A DNA stretch of 64,000 nucleotides from an uncultured Actinomycetales bacterium. GTDB taxonomy: Bacteria > Actinomycetota > Actinomycetes > S36-B12. Location of the stretch: positions 14,243 through 78,242 of the forward strand of contig CAJXYI010000003.1 in NCBI GenBank assembly GCA_913063435.1. Reading direction: 5' to 3'. Position numbers and translations under genes: made by a program. This document shows, piece by piece, positions 21,679-33,338 of this stretch (position 1 is the stretch's first letter; each line of letters starts with the position of its first letter). The notes beneath the pieces were generated by a model. It made no database searches and had not been told where the DNA came from. It saw only the letters and a program-made list of their open reading frames with translations.

Positions 21679-23198
21679 GCGCAGGTGTCTTCGATGTCGC
21701 GAGCGTTCGTGCGGCCGAGCAGGCGCTGATGGCGGAGGTGGCTGAGGGCACCTTGATGCGCAGGGCCGCGACAGGCCTGGAGTCGATCATCGCGGGGATG
21801 CTCACCCAGTTGCGCGGTCGGGTTCCGGGCTCGGCGGTCGTGGTTCTGGTCGGTTCGGGAAACAACGGCGGGGATGCGCTGTGGGCGGCGAGTGGACTCG
21901 TCGGTCGCGGTGCGGGAGTGCTCGCGATCACCTTCGCTGATCGCTGGCATGACCAGGGGATGCGTGCTTTTGTGCGCAGGGGCGGACGCAGCATTGCCGT
22001 CGACGACCTCGATGATGAAACGCTGTCAGCCCTGTTGGCTGAGGCAGACGTCATCCTCGATGGGCTCACCGGGATCGGCGGAAAGGGCCCACTGCGAGGT
22101 CGAGCCGTGGATGCCGCAGTTGCGGCGACTATCAGTGGGGCTGTAGTCGTGTCCGTCGATGTTCCCAGCGGAGTCGATGCGGATACCGGTCATGTTGCGG
22201 ATCCCACCGCATGCATCGAAGCGGATATGACGGTCACGTTCGGGTGTGTCAAACCCGGACTGGTGCTCGCTCCGGGTCGGTTCTTCGCCGGTGCGCTGCG
22301 CGTCGTCGACATCGGGCTGTCGGATTACCTGCCTCCCGAAGAGTGCCGGATCCTCGACGAGTTCGACCTGGCCCTGGGCGTTGCGGAACCCACGGATGGT
22401 GATTACAAGTACTCGCGCGGGGTCGTATGCGTTGCTGCGGGGAGCGCGGCGTATCGGGGCGCGGCGTTTCTCGCGGTCGATGGCGCGCGATACGCCGGCG
22501 CCGGCATGGTCCGGTATCTGAGCAGCAGCACCAGCCTCGCTGAGGGAATCGCCGCGCGATTCCCCGATGTCGTCGTCACCGAGAAATTCACCGATCTGCG
22601 CGAGGACCGGCGCGTCACGGGGTTCGGTATCGGGCCCGGTTGGGGTGACGATGCCTCCGCTGAACACATCCTGCACGAGATCTTGGAACTCGACATCCCC
22701 GTCGTGCTCGATGCGGATGCGTTGCGCCTATTGGCCCGGGACCGCGCACCCCTCATGGGCCGTACGGATGCCGGGCGCATCAGCGTGATCACCCCGCACG
22801 AGGGGGAGTTCGCCGCGCTCGGCTTCAGCATCGGTGATGATCGCCTGGCTGCGGCTCGACAGGCCGCGAAGGCGCTGGGGTGCGTCGTGGTTCTCAAGGG
22901 TCCGGGAACGGTGATCGCCACCCCCTCGGGTGATGCGTTCATCGATGTCTTCGGGTCGGCGAACCTGGGCACCGCGGGTAGCGGTGATGTACTGACCGGA
23001 TTGCTCGCCGGAATGCTGGCTGCTGGACACGCACGGAATGGGGCCATGTCGATGCCCATCGTCGGTCGCATCGCGGCTGTGGCCGTTGGGATTCATGGGT
23101 TGGCGGGTCAACTTGCCGGAGATGCGGGTCGTCCGGTGACGGCGAGTGACATCGCGACTTTCCTACCCGAAGCGATCGCGCGAGTGCGTCGAGGGTGA
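21675..23198 (+). CDS. nnr: bifunctional NAD(P)H-hydrate epimerase / ADP-dependent dehydratase
   Basis: 507 aa. N-terminal YjeF-N motif [13 protein letters not shown]; C-terminal kinase-like motifs ...TPHEGEF...KGPGTVIA...GSGDVLTG. Confidence 0.9.
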   Translation: MSAGVFDVASVRAAEQALMAEVAEGTLMRRAATGLESIIAGMLTQLRGRVPGSAVVVLVGSGNNGGDALWAASGLVGRGAGVLAITFADRWHDQGMRAFVRRGGRSIAVDDLDDETLSALLAEADVILDGLTGIGGKGPLRGRAVDAAVAATISGAVVVSVDVPSGVDADTGHVADPTACIEADMTVTFGCVKPGLVLAPGRFFAGALRVVDIGLSDYLPPEECRILDEFDLALGVAEPTDGDYKYSRGVVCVAAGSAAYRGAAFLAVDGARYAGAGMVRYLSSSTSLAEGIAARFPDVVVTEKFTDLREDRRVTGFGIGPGWGDDASAEHILHEILELDIPVVLDADALRLLARDRAPLMGRTDAGRISVITPHEGEFAALGFSIGDDRLAAARQAAKALGCVVVLKGPGTVIATPSGDAFIDVFGSANLGTAGSGDVLTGLLAGMLAAGHARNGAMSMPIVGRIAAVAVGIHGLAGQLAGDAGRPVTASDIATFLPEAIARVRRG

Positions 23199-23205
23199 CG
23201 ATGCC

Positions 23206-24387
23206 ATGACGCCTTCATCGACTGCTTCCACCCACCCTGAGGTGCTGCGCGCTCAGGCGGTGGTCGATCTGTCGGCGATCGCCGCGAACATAGATCGCCT
23301 GCGAGCGGCCACCTCCGCTGAAGTGATGATCGTGGTCAAGGCCGATGCCTATGGCCATGGGATGGCGCGGGTCGCTGCGCAGGCACGGCGACTGGGCATC
23401 GCGTGGTTGGGGGTCGCGCTGCCCGAGGAGGCGCTCCAACTACGTGCAGAGGGCGACACGGGAAACATCCTGGCCTGGCTGGCGACCCCGGATCAGAGCA
23501 CGATCGACGAGTGCGTCGAACAGCGTGTCGATCTGGGAATCTCCACGCCCTGGGCCCTGGGCCAGATCGCCGATGCGGCGCGAAGGCACGGTGTCATCGC
23601 GCGCATCCATCTGAAGATCGACACCGGACTGTCGCGTGGTGGCGCGAGTGCGTCGGACTGGTCCGAGCTGGTCGAGTTGTCTGCGCGGGCCCAAGCCGAC
23701 AGCACGATCATCGTCGATGGAGTGTGGTCACATCTGGTGTCCGGAGAGGATCCGGATGCAGCCGTAACGGGTGAACAGGCCCGAGCGTTCGTCGATGCCC
23801 TCCAGGTAGTCCATCGAGCAGGACTGAATCCAACCTGGCGTCATCTGGCCAATTCCGGGGCGGTGCTCAGCGGTGCTGCGAGTGAAAACGGATTCGAGCA
23901 CACGATGGTCCGATGCGGAATCGCCGCCTATGGGATCACCCCTGGCCGCGTGCTAGGTGATTCGATCCAACTCGGACTTCGTCCGGCGATGACCCTGCAG
24001 GCACGTCTGGCCCAGGTCAAGGTCATTCCCGCGGGCCAGGGTGTGTCCTACGGTCACCATTGGATCGCGGAGCGTGAAACCGAAGTCGGATTGGTGCCGA
24101 TCGGCTATGCCGATGGCCTGCCTCGCACCGCCGTCGCACCATCGGTGTGGATCTCAGGGCGTCGCTGCCCGGTCCTCGGGCGCATAGCGATGGATCAATG
24201 CGTTGTCGACGTCACCGGTGTTGATGCGCAACCGGGAGACGAGGTCATCGTTTTCGGACCGGGCGATCTCGGGGAACCCACCGCTGAGGAGTGGGCAGAG
24301 TGGGCGGGGACGATCGGCTACGAGATCGTCACCCGGATAGGGCCGCGCGTTCCCCGTCGCTATGTGGGTGAAGTGGGTCAGGTATGA
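23206..24387 (+). CDS. alr: alanine racemase
   Basis: ATG 23206 gives 393 aa; PLP-lysine motif VVKADAYGHG; ...ANSGA...RIAMDQCVVDV... Confidence 0.94.
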   Translation: MTPSSTASTHPEVLRAQAVVDLSAIAANIDRLRAATSAEVMIVVKADAYGHGMARVAAQARRLGIAWLGVALPEEALQLRAEGDTGNILAWLATPDQSTIDECVEQRVDLGISTPWALGQIADAARRHGVIARIHLKIDTGLSRGGASASDWSELVELSARAQADSTIIVDGVWSHLVSGEDPDAAVTGEQARAFVDALQVVHRAGLNPTWRHLANSGAVLSGAASENGFEHTMVRCGIAAYGITPGRVLGDSIQLGLRPAMTLQARLAQVKVIPAGQGVSYGHHWIAERETEVGLVPIGYADGLPRTAVAPSVWISGRRCPVLGRIAMDQCVVDVTGVDAQPGDEVIVFGPGDLGEPTAEEWAEWAGTIGYEIVTRIGPRVPRRYVGEVGQV

Positions 24388-25487
24388 CACGAGATTCGGG
24401 GTCGGGGGGCATGGGTGCCGGTGGTCTGCCCGCGCTCGCGGCCGTCGCTGCAGGTACGGCACTCGGCATCGTGGCCGAGCGACTGTGGTCGCGATCGCGA
24501 CTCGTCGAGCAACCGGTCCCCTCGGATCCGCAGATCGCGCATGGGACGGCGATCACGCGTGTGGTCGCAGACGACGGTGCGGTTCTCCACGCCCGCATCG
24601 ACACTCCCGTCGATTGGCGCCCGGGTGACCCGACCGTGGTACTCGTGCACGGATTCGCTCTCGACCTGACAACGTGGGATCACCAGCGCCGGGCCCTTCT
24701 GGGTGTGGCGCGCGTCGTGAGCTACGACCACCGCGGGCACGCACGATCTGCGCAAGCGCACCGGGCAGGAACAGGCCTCACCATCGACCGCCTCGGCCAG
24801 GATCTGGCGACTGTGATCGAGGACTGCACCGATGACGAATCGGTGATTGTGATCGGTCATTCGATGGGAGGCATGACCATCATGGCGCTCGCTGAACAGC
24901 GACCCTACTGGTTCGGCGAGCGCATCATCGGTGTCGGGCTGCTGGCCACATCGGCCGGGGAGATCGGCACGGTCACTCTCGGGCTCCCTCGCCCCCTTGC
25001 GCAACTCGCCCATCGGCTGACTCCGATCGTGGGCACCGTGGTGGACCGGGAGTGGTTGACCAACCTGGTGTTGCGCATCCGCGACTCGGGAAGCGACCTC
25101 AGCCGCGTGCTGACGCGGACCTACGCCTTCGGCGAGTCTGCACCCGAGCACGGAACAGCGCTCGTTGCACATCTGCTTGCCACCACTCCACTTCCGGTGG
25201 TGGCTGATCTGCTCGGCGACATCGGGCGTCATGATCGTCGCGATGCACTGGGTCCGCTATCGCGAATACCGACTCTGATCATCGTGGGCGATGCGGATCA
25301 ACTCACCCCCGCGAGCCATTCGCGTCGGCTGCATCAGGCCATCGATGATTCGACCCTGATCGAGCTCGACGGCGTAGGGCACATGCTCACCCTGGAGGCA
25401 CCGGATGCGGTCGACAGCGCACTGGTGGCTTTCGTCACTGACATCGCTCGATTCCGTCACCAGGATGAGAGGCGTCCGGCGCAGTGA
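24384..25487 (+). CDS. alpha/beta hydrolase fold protein
   Basis: 367 aa; VVLVHGF... and nucleophile elbow GHSMGG; ATGA overlap with alr. Sits between alr and tsaE as in Streptomyces. Confidence 0.85.
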   Translation: MTRDSGSGGMGAGGLPALAAVAAGTALGIVAERLWSRSRLVEQPVPSDPQIAHGTAITRVVADDGAVLHARIDTPVDWRPGDPTVVLVHGFALDLTTWDHQRRALLGVARVVSYDHRGHARSAQAHRAGTGLTIDRLGQDLATVIEDCTDDESVIVIGHSMGGMTIMALAEQRPYWFGERIIGVGLLATSAGEIGTVTLGLPRPLAQLAHRLTPIVGTVVDREWLTNLVLRIRDSGSDLSRVLTRTYAFGESAPEHGTALVAHLLATTPLPVVADLLGDIGRHDRRDALGPLSRIPTLIIVGDADQLTPASHSRRLHQAIDDSTLIELDGVGHMLTLEAPDAVDSALVAFVTDIARFRHQDERRPAQ

Positions 25488-26002
25488 CCGGATCGGTCGG
25501 CGCACCATTGGATCCACCACAGGTGGAGGTCGTCCTGTCCGACGTGGCAGCGACGGAGCAACTCGGGCGCTGTCTTGCCCGCATATGCCAACCGGGGGAT
25601 CTGATCATCCTGAGCGGCGACCTCGGTGCCGGCAAGACCACTCTCACCCGAGGGCTTGGTGAGGGTCTGGGTGTCCGAGGGGCTGTTACGAGCCCGACGT
25701 TCGTGGTGGCGCGTCGGCATCCGCATCCCCACGGCGGTACGGAATTGATCCATGTCGATGCGTATCGATTGGGTTCACGCGCCGAGATCGATGATCTCGA
25801 CCTGCTTGATGCTGCCGATAACGCGATCACCGTGGTCGAGTGGGGCGCCGACCGTGTCGAGCACCTCTGTGAAAGCAGACTGCACATCGACATGAGGGAG
25901 TTCGAGGACGACCCACAGGCGCGGCAGGTGATCCTGCGCCCCACCGGTCCACGATGGCGGACATCGGATGTCGAGGCGTTGGCCCGCTGTGCGGGTGCTT
26001 GA
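25484..26002 (+). CDS. tsaE: tRNA t6A37 biosynthesis ATPase TsaE
   Basis: 172 aa, GTG start, P-loop GDLGAGKTTLTRGL. Confidence 0.9.
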   Translation: MTGSVGAPLDPPQVEVVLSDVAATEQLGRCLARICQPGDLIILSGDLGAGKTTLTRGLGEGLGVRGAVTSPTFVVARRHPHPHGGTELIHVDAYRLGSRAEIDDLDLLDAADNAITVVEWGADRVEHLCESRLHIDMREFEDDPQARQVILRPTGPRWRTSDVEALARCAGA

Positions 26003-26010
26003 CTATCGGG

Positions 26011-26826
26011 GTGATCATCCTTGCCGTCGACACCGCCACCGCGGCGACCTCGGCGGCGATCAGCGGACCGGCATCGGTCGTGTCGCGCCGCAATGTCGAT
26101 GCCCATGGCCATGTCGAGTCGCTTGCGCCGATGATCAGCGACGTACTCACCGAATCGGGAATCGAACCGAAGGACATCGATGTTCTTGCCTGCGGTGTAG
26201 GGCCGGGACCATTCACAGGACTGCGGGTGGGGATCGCTCAGATGATCGCGATGGGTGCTGCACTCGATCGACCCGTCGTCGGAGTCTGCACGCACGATGT
26301 GATGGCGCACGCGGCCCTGGGATTGGCGGATCGCTCGACACCCGAACCTGAAGCAGGCCCTGAACCAGGACTGATTGTCGCCACGGCCGCTCGGCGCGCT
26401 GAGTCCTTCGTCTCGACATATGAATACAGCGGACGGCGAAGTGGTGGCCCGATCGCGCTCAGTAACGACGAAGCGCACCATGCCATGCTCGCAGAAGAGG
26501 TGATCCTCGCCGGTGATGCGGTGGATCTGCTGATCGAGGATGTTCCTACCTACCGTCGCGGCCCGAGATTCCCCCACGCAGCGGATCTTGCAGCCATCGT
26601 CGAATCACAGTTGAACGCTGGCGAGGACTGGTCTGATGATGTGGATCTAGCGATAGATCTCGACCCCGCGACGGCCAGAGGTAATTCAACCGCGCAAGTG
26701 CTCATCAAACGCGGACGCCACGGTCGATTGCTGCTGCCACCTCGCCCGCTGTACCTACGCGCGCCAGATGCCGTGGCGACTGCTGCCGCTTCGACGATGG
26801 CTGCGGAAATGGATCGACGCGCATGA
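26011..26826 (+). CDS. tsaB: tRNA t6A37 biosynthesis protein TsaB
   Basis: GTG 26011 gives (M)IILAVDTATAATSAAI...GVGPGPFTGLRVG... The track ORF from 25954 overlaps tsaE. Confidence 0.88.
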   Translation: MIILAVDTATAATSAAISGPASVVSRRNVDAHGHVESLAPMISDVLTESGIEPKDIDVLACGVGPGPFTGLRVGIAQMIAMGAALDRPVVGVCTHDVMAHAALGLADRSTPEPEAGPEPGLIVATAARRAESFVSTYEYSGRRSGGPIALSNDEAHHAMLAEEVILAGDAVDLLIEDVPTYRRGPRFPHAADLAAIVESQLNAGEDWSDDVDLAIDLDPATARGNSTAQVLIKRGRHGRLLLPPRPLYLRAPDAVATAAASTMAAEMDRRA

Positions 26827-27335
26827 TCGAGATCCGTCCGATGCGCTGGTGGCACATCGAGCAGGCGATGCCGTTGGAGAATCAACTCTTCGGTTCGACG
26901 GCTTGGTCGCCCGCTCAGATGTGGTCGGAATTGGCGCGTGATCAACGCAGGTATTACGTCCTTGTCAGCGCTGGGAATCAAGCTGCCGGCGAACCGGAGA
27001 GCGACACCGGCGAAGTTGTCGTCGGCTACGCCGGGATCAATCTCCTGCCACCGGATGCCGATGTGCAGACGGTTGCTGTCGCACCCTCGCTGCAGGGAAG
27101 AGGATGGGCCCGTCGACTTGTCGGACGTCTCATCGCTGACGCGTCCGGTGCCGACTGCTCGCAGGTCCTGCTCGAAGTCCGTGCAGATAACGACCCTGCC
27201 CTGCGGTTGTACGAACGGCTCGGTTTCGAGGTGATCGCCCGTCGCACGGCCTATTACGGCCCAGGTGAGGACGCACTCATCATGCGGTTGCGCCCGATCC
27301 CCGCGGCCCCGACGGCTGCGGAGCACGCGTCATGA
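26823..27335 (+). CDS. rimI: ribosomal-protein-alanine N-acetyltransferase (GNAT)
   Basis: 170 aa; GNAT motif ...[15 protein letters not shown]...; tsaB-rimI-tsaD context; ATGA overlaps on both sides. Confidence 0.88.
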   Translation: MIEIRPMRWWHIEQAMPLENQLFGSTAWSPAQMWSELARDQRRYYVLVSAGNQAAGEPESDTGEVVVGYAGINLLPPDADVQTVAVAPSLQGRGWARRLVGRLIADASGADCSQVLLEVRADNDPALRLYERLGFEVIARRTAYYGPGEDALIMRLRPIPAAPTAAEHAS

Positions 27336-28393
27336 CGGCGAGAGGAACAGCATCACCGATCGTAGTGGGGATCGAGACCTCCTGCGACGAGACTGCCGTC
27401 GCTTTCGTGCGAGGCCGGGAGCTGCTCAGTGACGTCGTCGCCTCCAGTGTCAACGAACATGCCCGCTTCGGAGGTGTCGTTCCCGAGGTCGCTTCGCGGG
27501 CGCACGTCGAGGCACTGACCCAGACCCTCGCTGCCGCGCGGGAGCAGGCGGGCCTGGAGTGGCGTGACGTTGACGCGATCGCGGTAACGGCGGGGCCGGG
27601 ACTCGTCGGCGCGTTACTGGTCGGCGTATCTGCGGCCCAAGGGCTCGCTCTGGCGCTGCAGCGCCCGATCTACGGCGTGAATCATCTCGCCGCGCATGTT
27701 GCCGTCGATCGACTGGTCCACGGAGAGCTGCCGCAACCTGCGGTGGCACTGTTGGTGTCCGGTGGGCATACATCATTGCTGCGTGTCGATGACGTCACCG
27801 CGGATGTGATTCCGCTGGGTCAGACTCTCGACGATGCAGCCGGCGAAGCCTTCGACAAGGTTGCGCGGTTGTTGGGCTTGCCGTTTCCCGGTGGGCCGTC
27901 CATCAACGCACGGGCGCGCGAGGGGGATCCTGTATCGATCGATTTCCCCCGTGGCCTGACCCATGCCGGTGATGACGAACGGCACCGGCACGACTTCTCG
28001 TTCTCCGGGGTGAAGACCGCCGTGTCGCGCTGGATCCGGGCGCGTGAGCGATCTGGCGAGCCGGTGCCGTTGGCTGATGTGGCCGCATCGTTTCAGGAGT
28101 CGGTGGTCGATGTCCTCAGCGCCAAGGCGATCCGGGCATGCCGAGACGAGGGCATCGAGCATCTGATCGTCGGGGGAGGAGTGGCGGCCAATTCCCGACT
28201 GCGGGCTCTGATCGAGCACCGAGCCGACGCCCACGGGATCGACGTTCGGATCCCGCCCCCGAGCCTATGCACGGATAACGGGGCGATGGTGGCCTCGCTG
28301 GGTGCGGCCCTCGTCGAACGTGGCCGACCGACCTCGAGTCTAGGTCTGCCTGCCGATTCCTCCCTACCGGTCACGGAGATCACCCTGCACTGA
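27332..28393 (+). CDS. tsaD: tRNA N6-adenosine threonylcarbamoyltransferase
   Basis: 353 aa, [12 protein letters not shown]...[10 protein letters not shown]... Confidence 0.95.
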   Translation: MTARGTASPIVVGIETSCDETAVAFVRGRELLSDVVASSVNEHARFGGVVPEVASRAHVEALTQTLAAAREQAGLEWRDVDAIAVTAGPGLVGALLVGVSAAQGLALALQRPIYGVNHLAAHVAVDRLVHGELPQPAVALLVSGGHTSLLRVDDVTADVIPLGQTLDDAAGEAFDKVARLLGLPFPGGPSINARAREGDPVSIDFPRGLTHAGDDERHRHDFSFSGVKTAVSRWIRARERSGEPVPLADVAASFQESVVDVLSAKAIRACRDEGIEHLIVGGGVAANSRLRALIEHRADAHGIDVRIPPPSLCTDNGAMVASLGAALVERGRPTSSLGLPADSSLPVTEITLH

Positions 28394-28418
28394 CCCCCCC
28401 CATCCCCCATTCCGGCCT

Positions 28419-28481
28419 CGTCTGAGTTACCTGAGTGGTCGCTAACTCCAGGAGTTAACGACCACTCAGGTAACTCAGACG
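28419..28481. repeat. Palindromic intergenic repeat, copy B
   Basis: CGTCTGAGTTACCTGAGTGGTCGCTAAC-TCCAGGA-GTTAACGACCACTCAGGTAACTCAGACG. It has one arm mismatch (28442/28458). Confidence 0.9.
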
Positions 28482-28489
28482 CACAGGGG

Positions 28490-29470
28490 GTGTGGCTTGG
28501 TAGGGGTTCACGGGGGATCGCGGGTTACCCTTGCGGAGTGAGTCATGCGGGTCCTGGTGCGCCGCGCACCTCCTGGGGGCGGGCAGCCGTCCTCGTTCTC
28601 GGCATCCCCCTCGGATTGGTGGCCCTGGCGTTCGCCTTCGCCCTGTGGGTTCCGTCGTCGGGTCCCACTGAGGCCGCCACCGTCGATGCGACCCCGGTCT
28701 CCGACGTCACACCAGCGGTGCCGTCGACGACTCCTGATCCCACGACGGCCCCACCTGATGAGCCAGCCGATGAGCCGACCGCCGAGCCTGCTGCAACGCC
28801 GACCGGGCCCGATTCGCAGAGTCCCTCTTCGGCGACCGGGCGTTCGGGGCGAAGCGATGCCAATCGCGCGAATCCGGCGCTGGATGTCGTGTGGCGGGTG
28901 GAAACCGATGACCCGGTGTTCTTCATCACCGTCGACGACAACCTGCGCGATCAGGCGGTCGCCGATGCCGCGTTGCAGATCGTGCGCGAGAACCAGATCC
29001 CCATCACTGCTTTCCTCACGACCAACTATGTCGGTGATGACGGCGACTACTTCAACGAGGTGACCTCATTCGGTGGTTCGATCCAGAACCACACGGTGAC
29101 GCACCCGTTCCTCAACAGTGCGGGTTCCGACCCGTATTTCGAGATCTGCACCGCCCAGGAGCGGTTAGCCGCGCAATTCGGTGACACCCCGTGGATGATG
29201 CGACCTCCATACGGCGAGCCGTATTTCTCCGGTGCCGATCCCTCAGCCGTCGAAGCCGCGTCAGCGAATTGCGGGGTCAACCGGATCGTGATGTGGAGCG
29301 CGGTCGTGGACAACGGCAAGGTGTCCTACAACCCGGGCACGACCCTCCAGCCCGGTGACATCGTGCTGTTCCACTTCTGGGACCCCAAGTTCGCCGAGGG
29401 CCTTCAGATGATCCTCGATATCGGGAAGGCCAATGGCCTGAGCCCGGCGCCACTGGAGGACTACCTCTGA
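28490..29470 (+). CDS. secreted/membrane-anchored polysaccharide deacetylase (NodB family)
   Basis: TM segment, P/T/A-rich linker, NodB motifs FITVDDN and NHTVTHP. Start is uncertain (GTG 28490 or GTG 28538) because the first codons overlap the repeat tail. Confidence 0.8.
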   Translation: MWLGRGSRGIAGYPCGVSHAGPGAPRTSWGRAAVLVLGIPLGLVALAFAFALWVPSSGPTEAATVDATPVSDVTPAVPSTTPDPTTAPPDEPADEPTAEPAATPTGPDSQSPSSATGRSGRSDANRANPALDVVWRVETDDPVFFITVDDNLRDQAVADAALQIVRENQIPITAFLTTNYVGDDGDYFNEVTSFGGSIQNHTVTHPFLNSAGSDPYFEICTAQERLAAQFGDTPWMMRPPYGEPYFSGADPSAVEAASANCGVNRIVMWSAVVDNGKVSYNPGTTLQPGDIVLFHFWDPKFAEGLQMILDIGKANGLSPAPLEDYL

Positions 29471-29508
29471 GTCGCTCGGCTTTCGACGATCTGCTGGTCG
29501 CCGGTCCC

Positions 29509-30417
29509 GTGCTCATCGACGGTGGGCTAGCGACACATCTGGAGGCACTCGGCTACGACATCTCCGGCTCGCTGTGGTCCGCCCGCATCCTCACCGAAGC
29601 ACCGGACGGGATCGTCCGTGCGCATCGGGACTTCATCTCCGCCGGTGCTCGGATCGTGATCACGGCGAGCTACCAAGTCTCGCGCCAGGGATTCCTCGCC
29701 CAGGGCAGGACCGAAGCACATGCTGATGCTGCCCTGGTGCGCAGCATCGACCTCGCTCGACAAGCGGTCGAGGAGGCCGGCCGGGACGGAGTCCTCGTCG
29801 CAGCCAGTGTCGGACCCTATGGCGCGATCACCCACGACGGCGGGGAGTACCGGGGACGCTACGGGCTCAGCCACGACCAACTCGTGGACTTCCACGGCGA
29901 GCGGATCGCCGTACTGGCCGCTGCGCAGCCAGACCTCCTGGCCATCGAAACGATCCCCGATGCCGATGAGGCCGCGGCGATCGCCGACGTCCTCGTCGAC
30001 TATCCCGATCTGCCGGCCTGGATCACCTTCAGTTGCGGGGATGAGCGCACCACGTGGGCTGGGCAAGCGATCGAGGATGCCATGACCGTGGCGTCGCGTG
30101 CGGACAGCGTCATGGCCGCCGGAGTCAACTGCGTGCACCCGGCCCTGGTGGCCGGCCTGCTCGAGCGAGCCGGTCGGGCGAGCGATCTGCCCCTGGTGGC
30201 CTATCCCAACGTCGGAAGGGTCTGGCTCCCGGACACCGAGACCTGGACCGACCCGGAAGGATCCGGCAGTGCGCAGACCTCTCCTCCGCCCGGTACGGGT
30301 GTCCAGGGTTGGCCCGTGGCTGACTGGTTCGATGCGGGAGCCCGGCTGATCGGCGGATGCTGCTGCGTGGAGCCGGCGGACATCACGGCATTGGCACTCG
30401 AGTTGACGGAGTGCTAG
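29509..30417 (+). CDS. mmuM: homocysteine S-methyltransferase
   Basis: 302 aa, ...IDGGLATHLE...GVNC...GGCCC (zinc-binding cysteines). The start could lie upstream. Confidence 0.85.
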   Translation: MLIDGGLATHLEALGYDISGSLWSARILTEAPDGIVRAHRDFISAGARIVITASYQVSRQGFLAQGRTEAHADAALVRSIDLARQAVEEAGRDGVLVAASVGPYGAITHDGGEYRGRYGLSHDQLVDFHGERIAVLAAAQPDLLAIETIPDADEAAAIADVLVDYPDLPAWITFSCGDERTTWAGQAIEDAMTVASRADSVMAAGVNCVHPALVAGLLERAGRASDLPLVAYPNVGRVWLPDTETWTDPEGSGSAQTSPPPGTGVQGWPVADWFDAGARLIGGCCCVEPADITALALELTEC

Positions 30418-30435
30418 CGCCCGGCTACCGTTGCC

Positions 30436-30462
30436 TTGGCACTCTCCACCTGTGACTGCTAG
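30436..30462 (+). promoter_or_regulatory. CIRCE (HrcA operator) upstream of groES
   Basis: TTGGCACTC-N9-GACTGCTAG versus consensus TTAGCACTC-N9-GAGTGCTAA; 130 nt upstream of groES. Confidence 0.8.
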
Positions 30463-30591
30463 TTCCTCGGGATCGATTCCCTCGGAACCGGCCGCATGGG
30501 TGGGCAGTGCACGGTTGCACCGGCACCGCGACGACGGGGCGACTGATTACCCAACCGACCATCCGTGCACATATCGGAGGATGAATACATC

Positions 30592-30891
30592 GTGTCCGTC
30601 TCCATCAAGCCCCTCGAGGATCGTATCCTCGTGCAGACCCTCGAAGCCGAGCAGACCACGGCCTCGGGCCTGGTCATCCCCGACACCGCCAAGGAGAAGC
30701 CCCAGGAGGGCAAGGTCCTGGCAGTCGGCCCCGGCCGATTCGACGAGGATGGCGATAAGCGCATCCCGCTCGATATCAATGTCGGTGACACCGTCATCTA
30801 CTCCAAGTACGGCGGCACCGAGGTGAAGTACAACAACGAGGAGTACCTGATCCTCTCGGCGCGCGACGTGCTCGCCGTCATCGAGAAGTGA
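30592..30891 (+). CDS. groES: co-chaperonin GroES
   Basis: GTG 30592 gives 99 aa, (M)[14 protein letters not shown]... Confidence 0.95.
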   Translation: MSVSIKPLEDRILVQTLEAEQTTASGLVIPDTAKEKPQEGKVLAVGPGRFDEDGDKRIPLDINVGDTVIYSKYGGTEVKYNNEEYLILSARDVLAVIEK

Positions 30892-31047
30892 TTCCCCGCT
30901 CGCAGTGATGCGAGCAACGAAGCCGCGAGCGCGCCGGATTGCACGAACGATCCGGCGCGCTGCCGGCGAAGCGGGGGTCGATCCCCGCCCCGAAACCACT
31001 GTTCGCCCCTACTGCGCGCATCGGCGCGCACACCATCGGGAAAGTGA

Positions 31048-32679
<1,632 letters not shown>

Positions 32680-32730
32680 TCAACCGCCCGGTTGTGAGCA
32701 GACCCTGCTGAGAGTGGGGAAAGCGCACAA

Positions 32731-32772
32731 CGGCGAGGGCCCGACATCCCGCGGGATGTCGGGCCCTCGCCG
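32731..32772. terminator. Bidirectional terminator-like hairpin between groEL and whiB
   Basis: CGGCGAGGGCCCGACATCCCGCGGGATGTCGGGCCCTCGCCG, a long perfect stem between convergent genes. Confidence 0.65.
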
Positions 32773-32798
32773 TTGAGGAATCGAGAATGACGTGGAAG

Positions 32799-33098
32799 TC
32801 AGCCCGCGACAGGCAGCCGGGTGCGGTTGCCGCGATAGATCGCTTCACGATCGTCCTCGCTGAGACCGCCCCAGACGCCGTAGGGTTCGCGAACCGCGAG
32901 GGCGTGCTCAGCACACTGCACGCGGACGGGGCAACGAGCGCAGATGGCTTTGGCCGCGGCCTCGCGGGCCGCACGGGCCGGGCCACGCTCACCCTCGGGA
33001 TGGAAGAACACCGCGGGATCCTCCCCGCGGCAGGAGCCGAGCAGCTGCCAATCCCACAGATCGGCGTTGGGGCCGGGAAGTCGAGATACATCCGCCAT
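32799..33098 (-). CDS. whiB: WhiB-family [4Fe-4S] transcription factor (WhiB3/WhiD-like by synteny)
   Basis: 99 aa; four Cys (C...CARCPVRVQC); GVWGG turn; strong RBS GAAGGAGG; adjacent to groEL as whiB3 is in M. tuberculosis. Confidence 0.92.
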   Translation of the reverse strand: MADVSRLPGPNADLWDWQLLGSCRGEDPAVFFHPEGERGPARAAREAAAKAICARCPVRVQCAEHALAVREPYGVWGGLSEDDREAIYRGNRTRLPVAG

Positions 33099-33338
33099 GT
33101 TTTCCTCCTTCAGAGGGTTCGTGAGATCAATCTAGAATCGTTTCAGGGGTTGGTCAATACCCTTTGTTGAATAATGTGTGGCGCGAATGGGTGATCTCAG
33201 TCACAGGGCTCGCGGACATCGCGATCACCCCCCATTCCGGACCCGTATCCAGCCCCTCTCAGGAGGCTGTCGGACTCCACCGGGGCCCTCGGAGGAATCT
33301 CGGCTGGCGGTCTGGTCCAGGCACCGGACAATAGAGGT

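Noticed and set aside
30431-30826. 131-aa ORF overlapping groES in another frame.
   Set aside because: groES is unambiguous in its own frame. The alternative frame is Ser/Pro/Arg-rich with no homology.
30929-30960. Hairpin GCGCGCCGGAT/ATCCGGCGCGC in the 162-nt groES-groEL spacer, considered as a second HrcA site or attenuator.
   Set aside because: It has no CIRCE-like sequence. It is plausibly an mRNA processing or stability stem as described for actinobacterial groESL, with nothing further to support a call.
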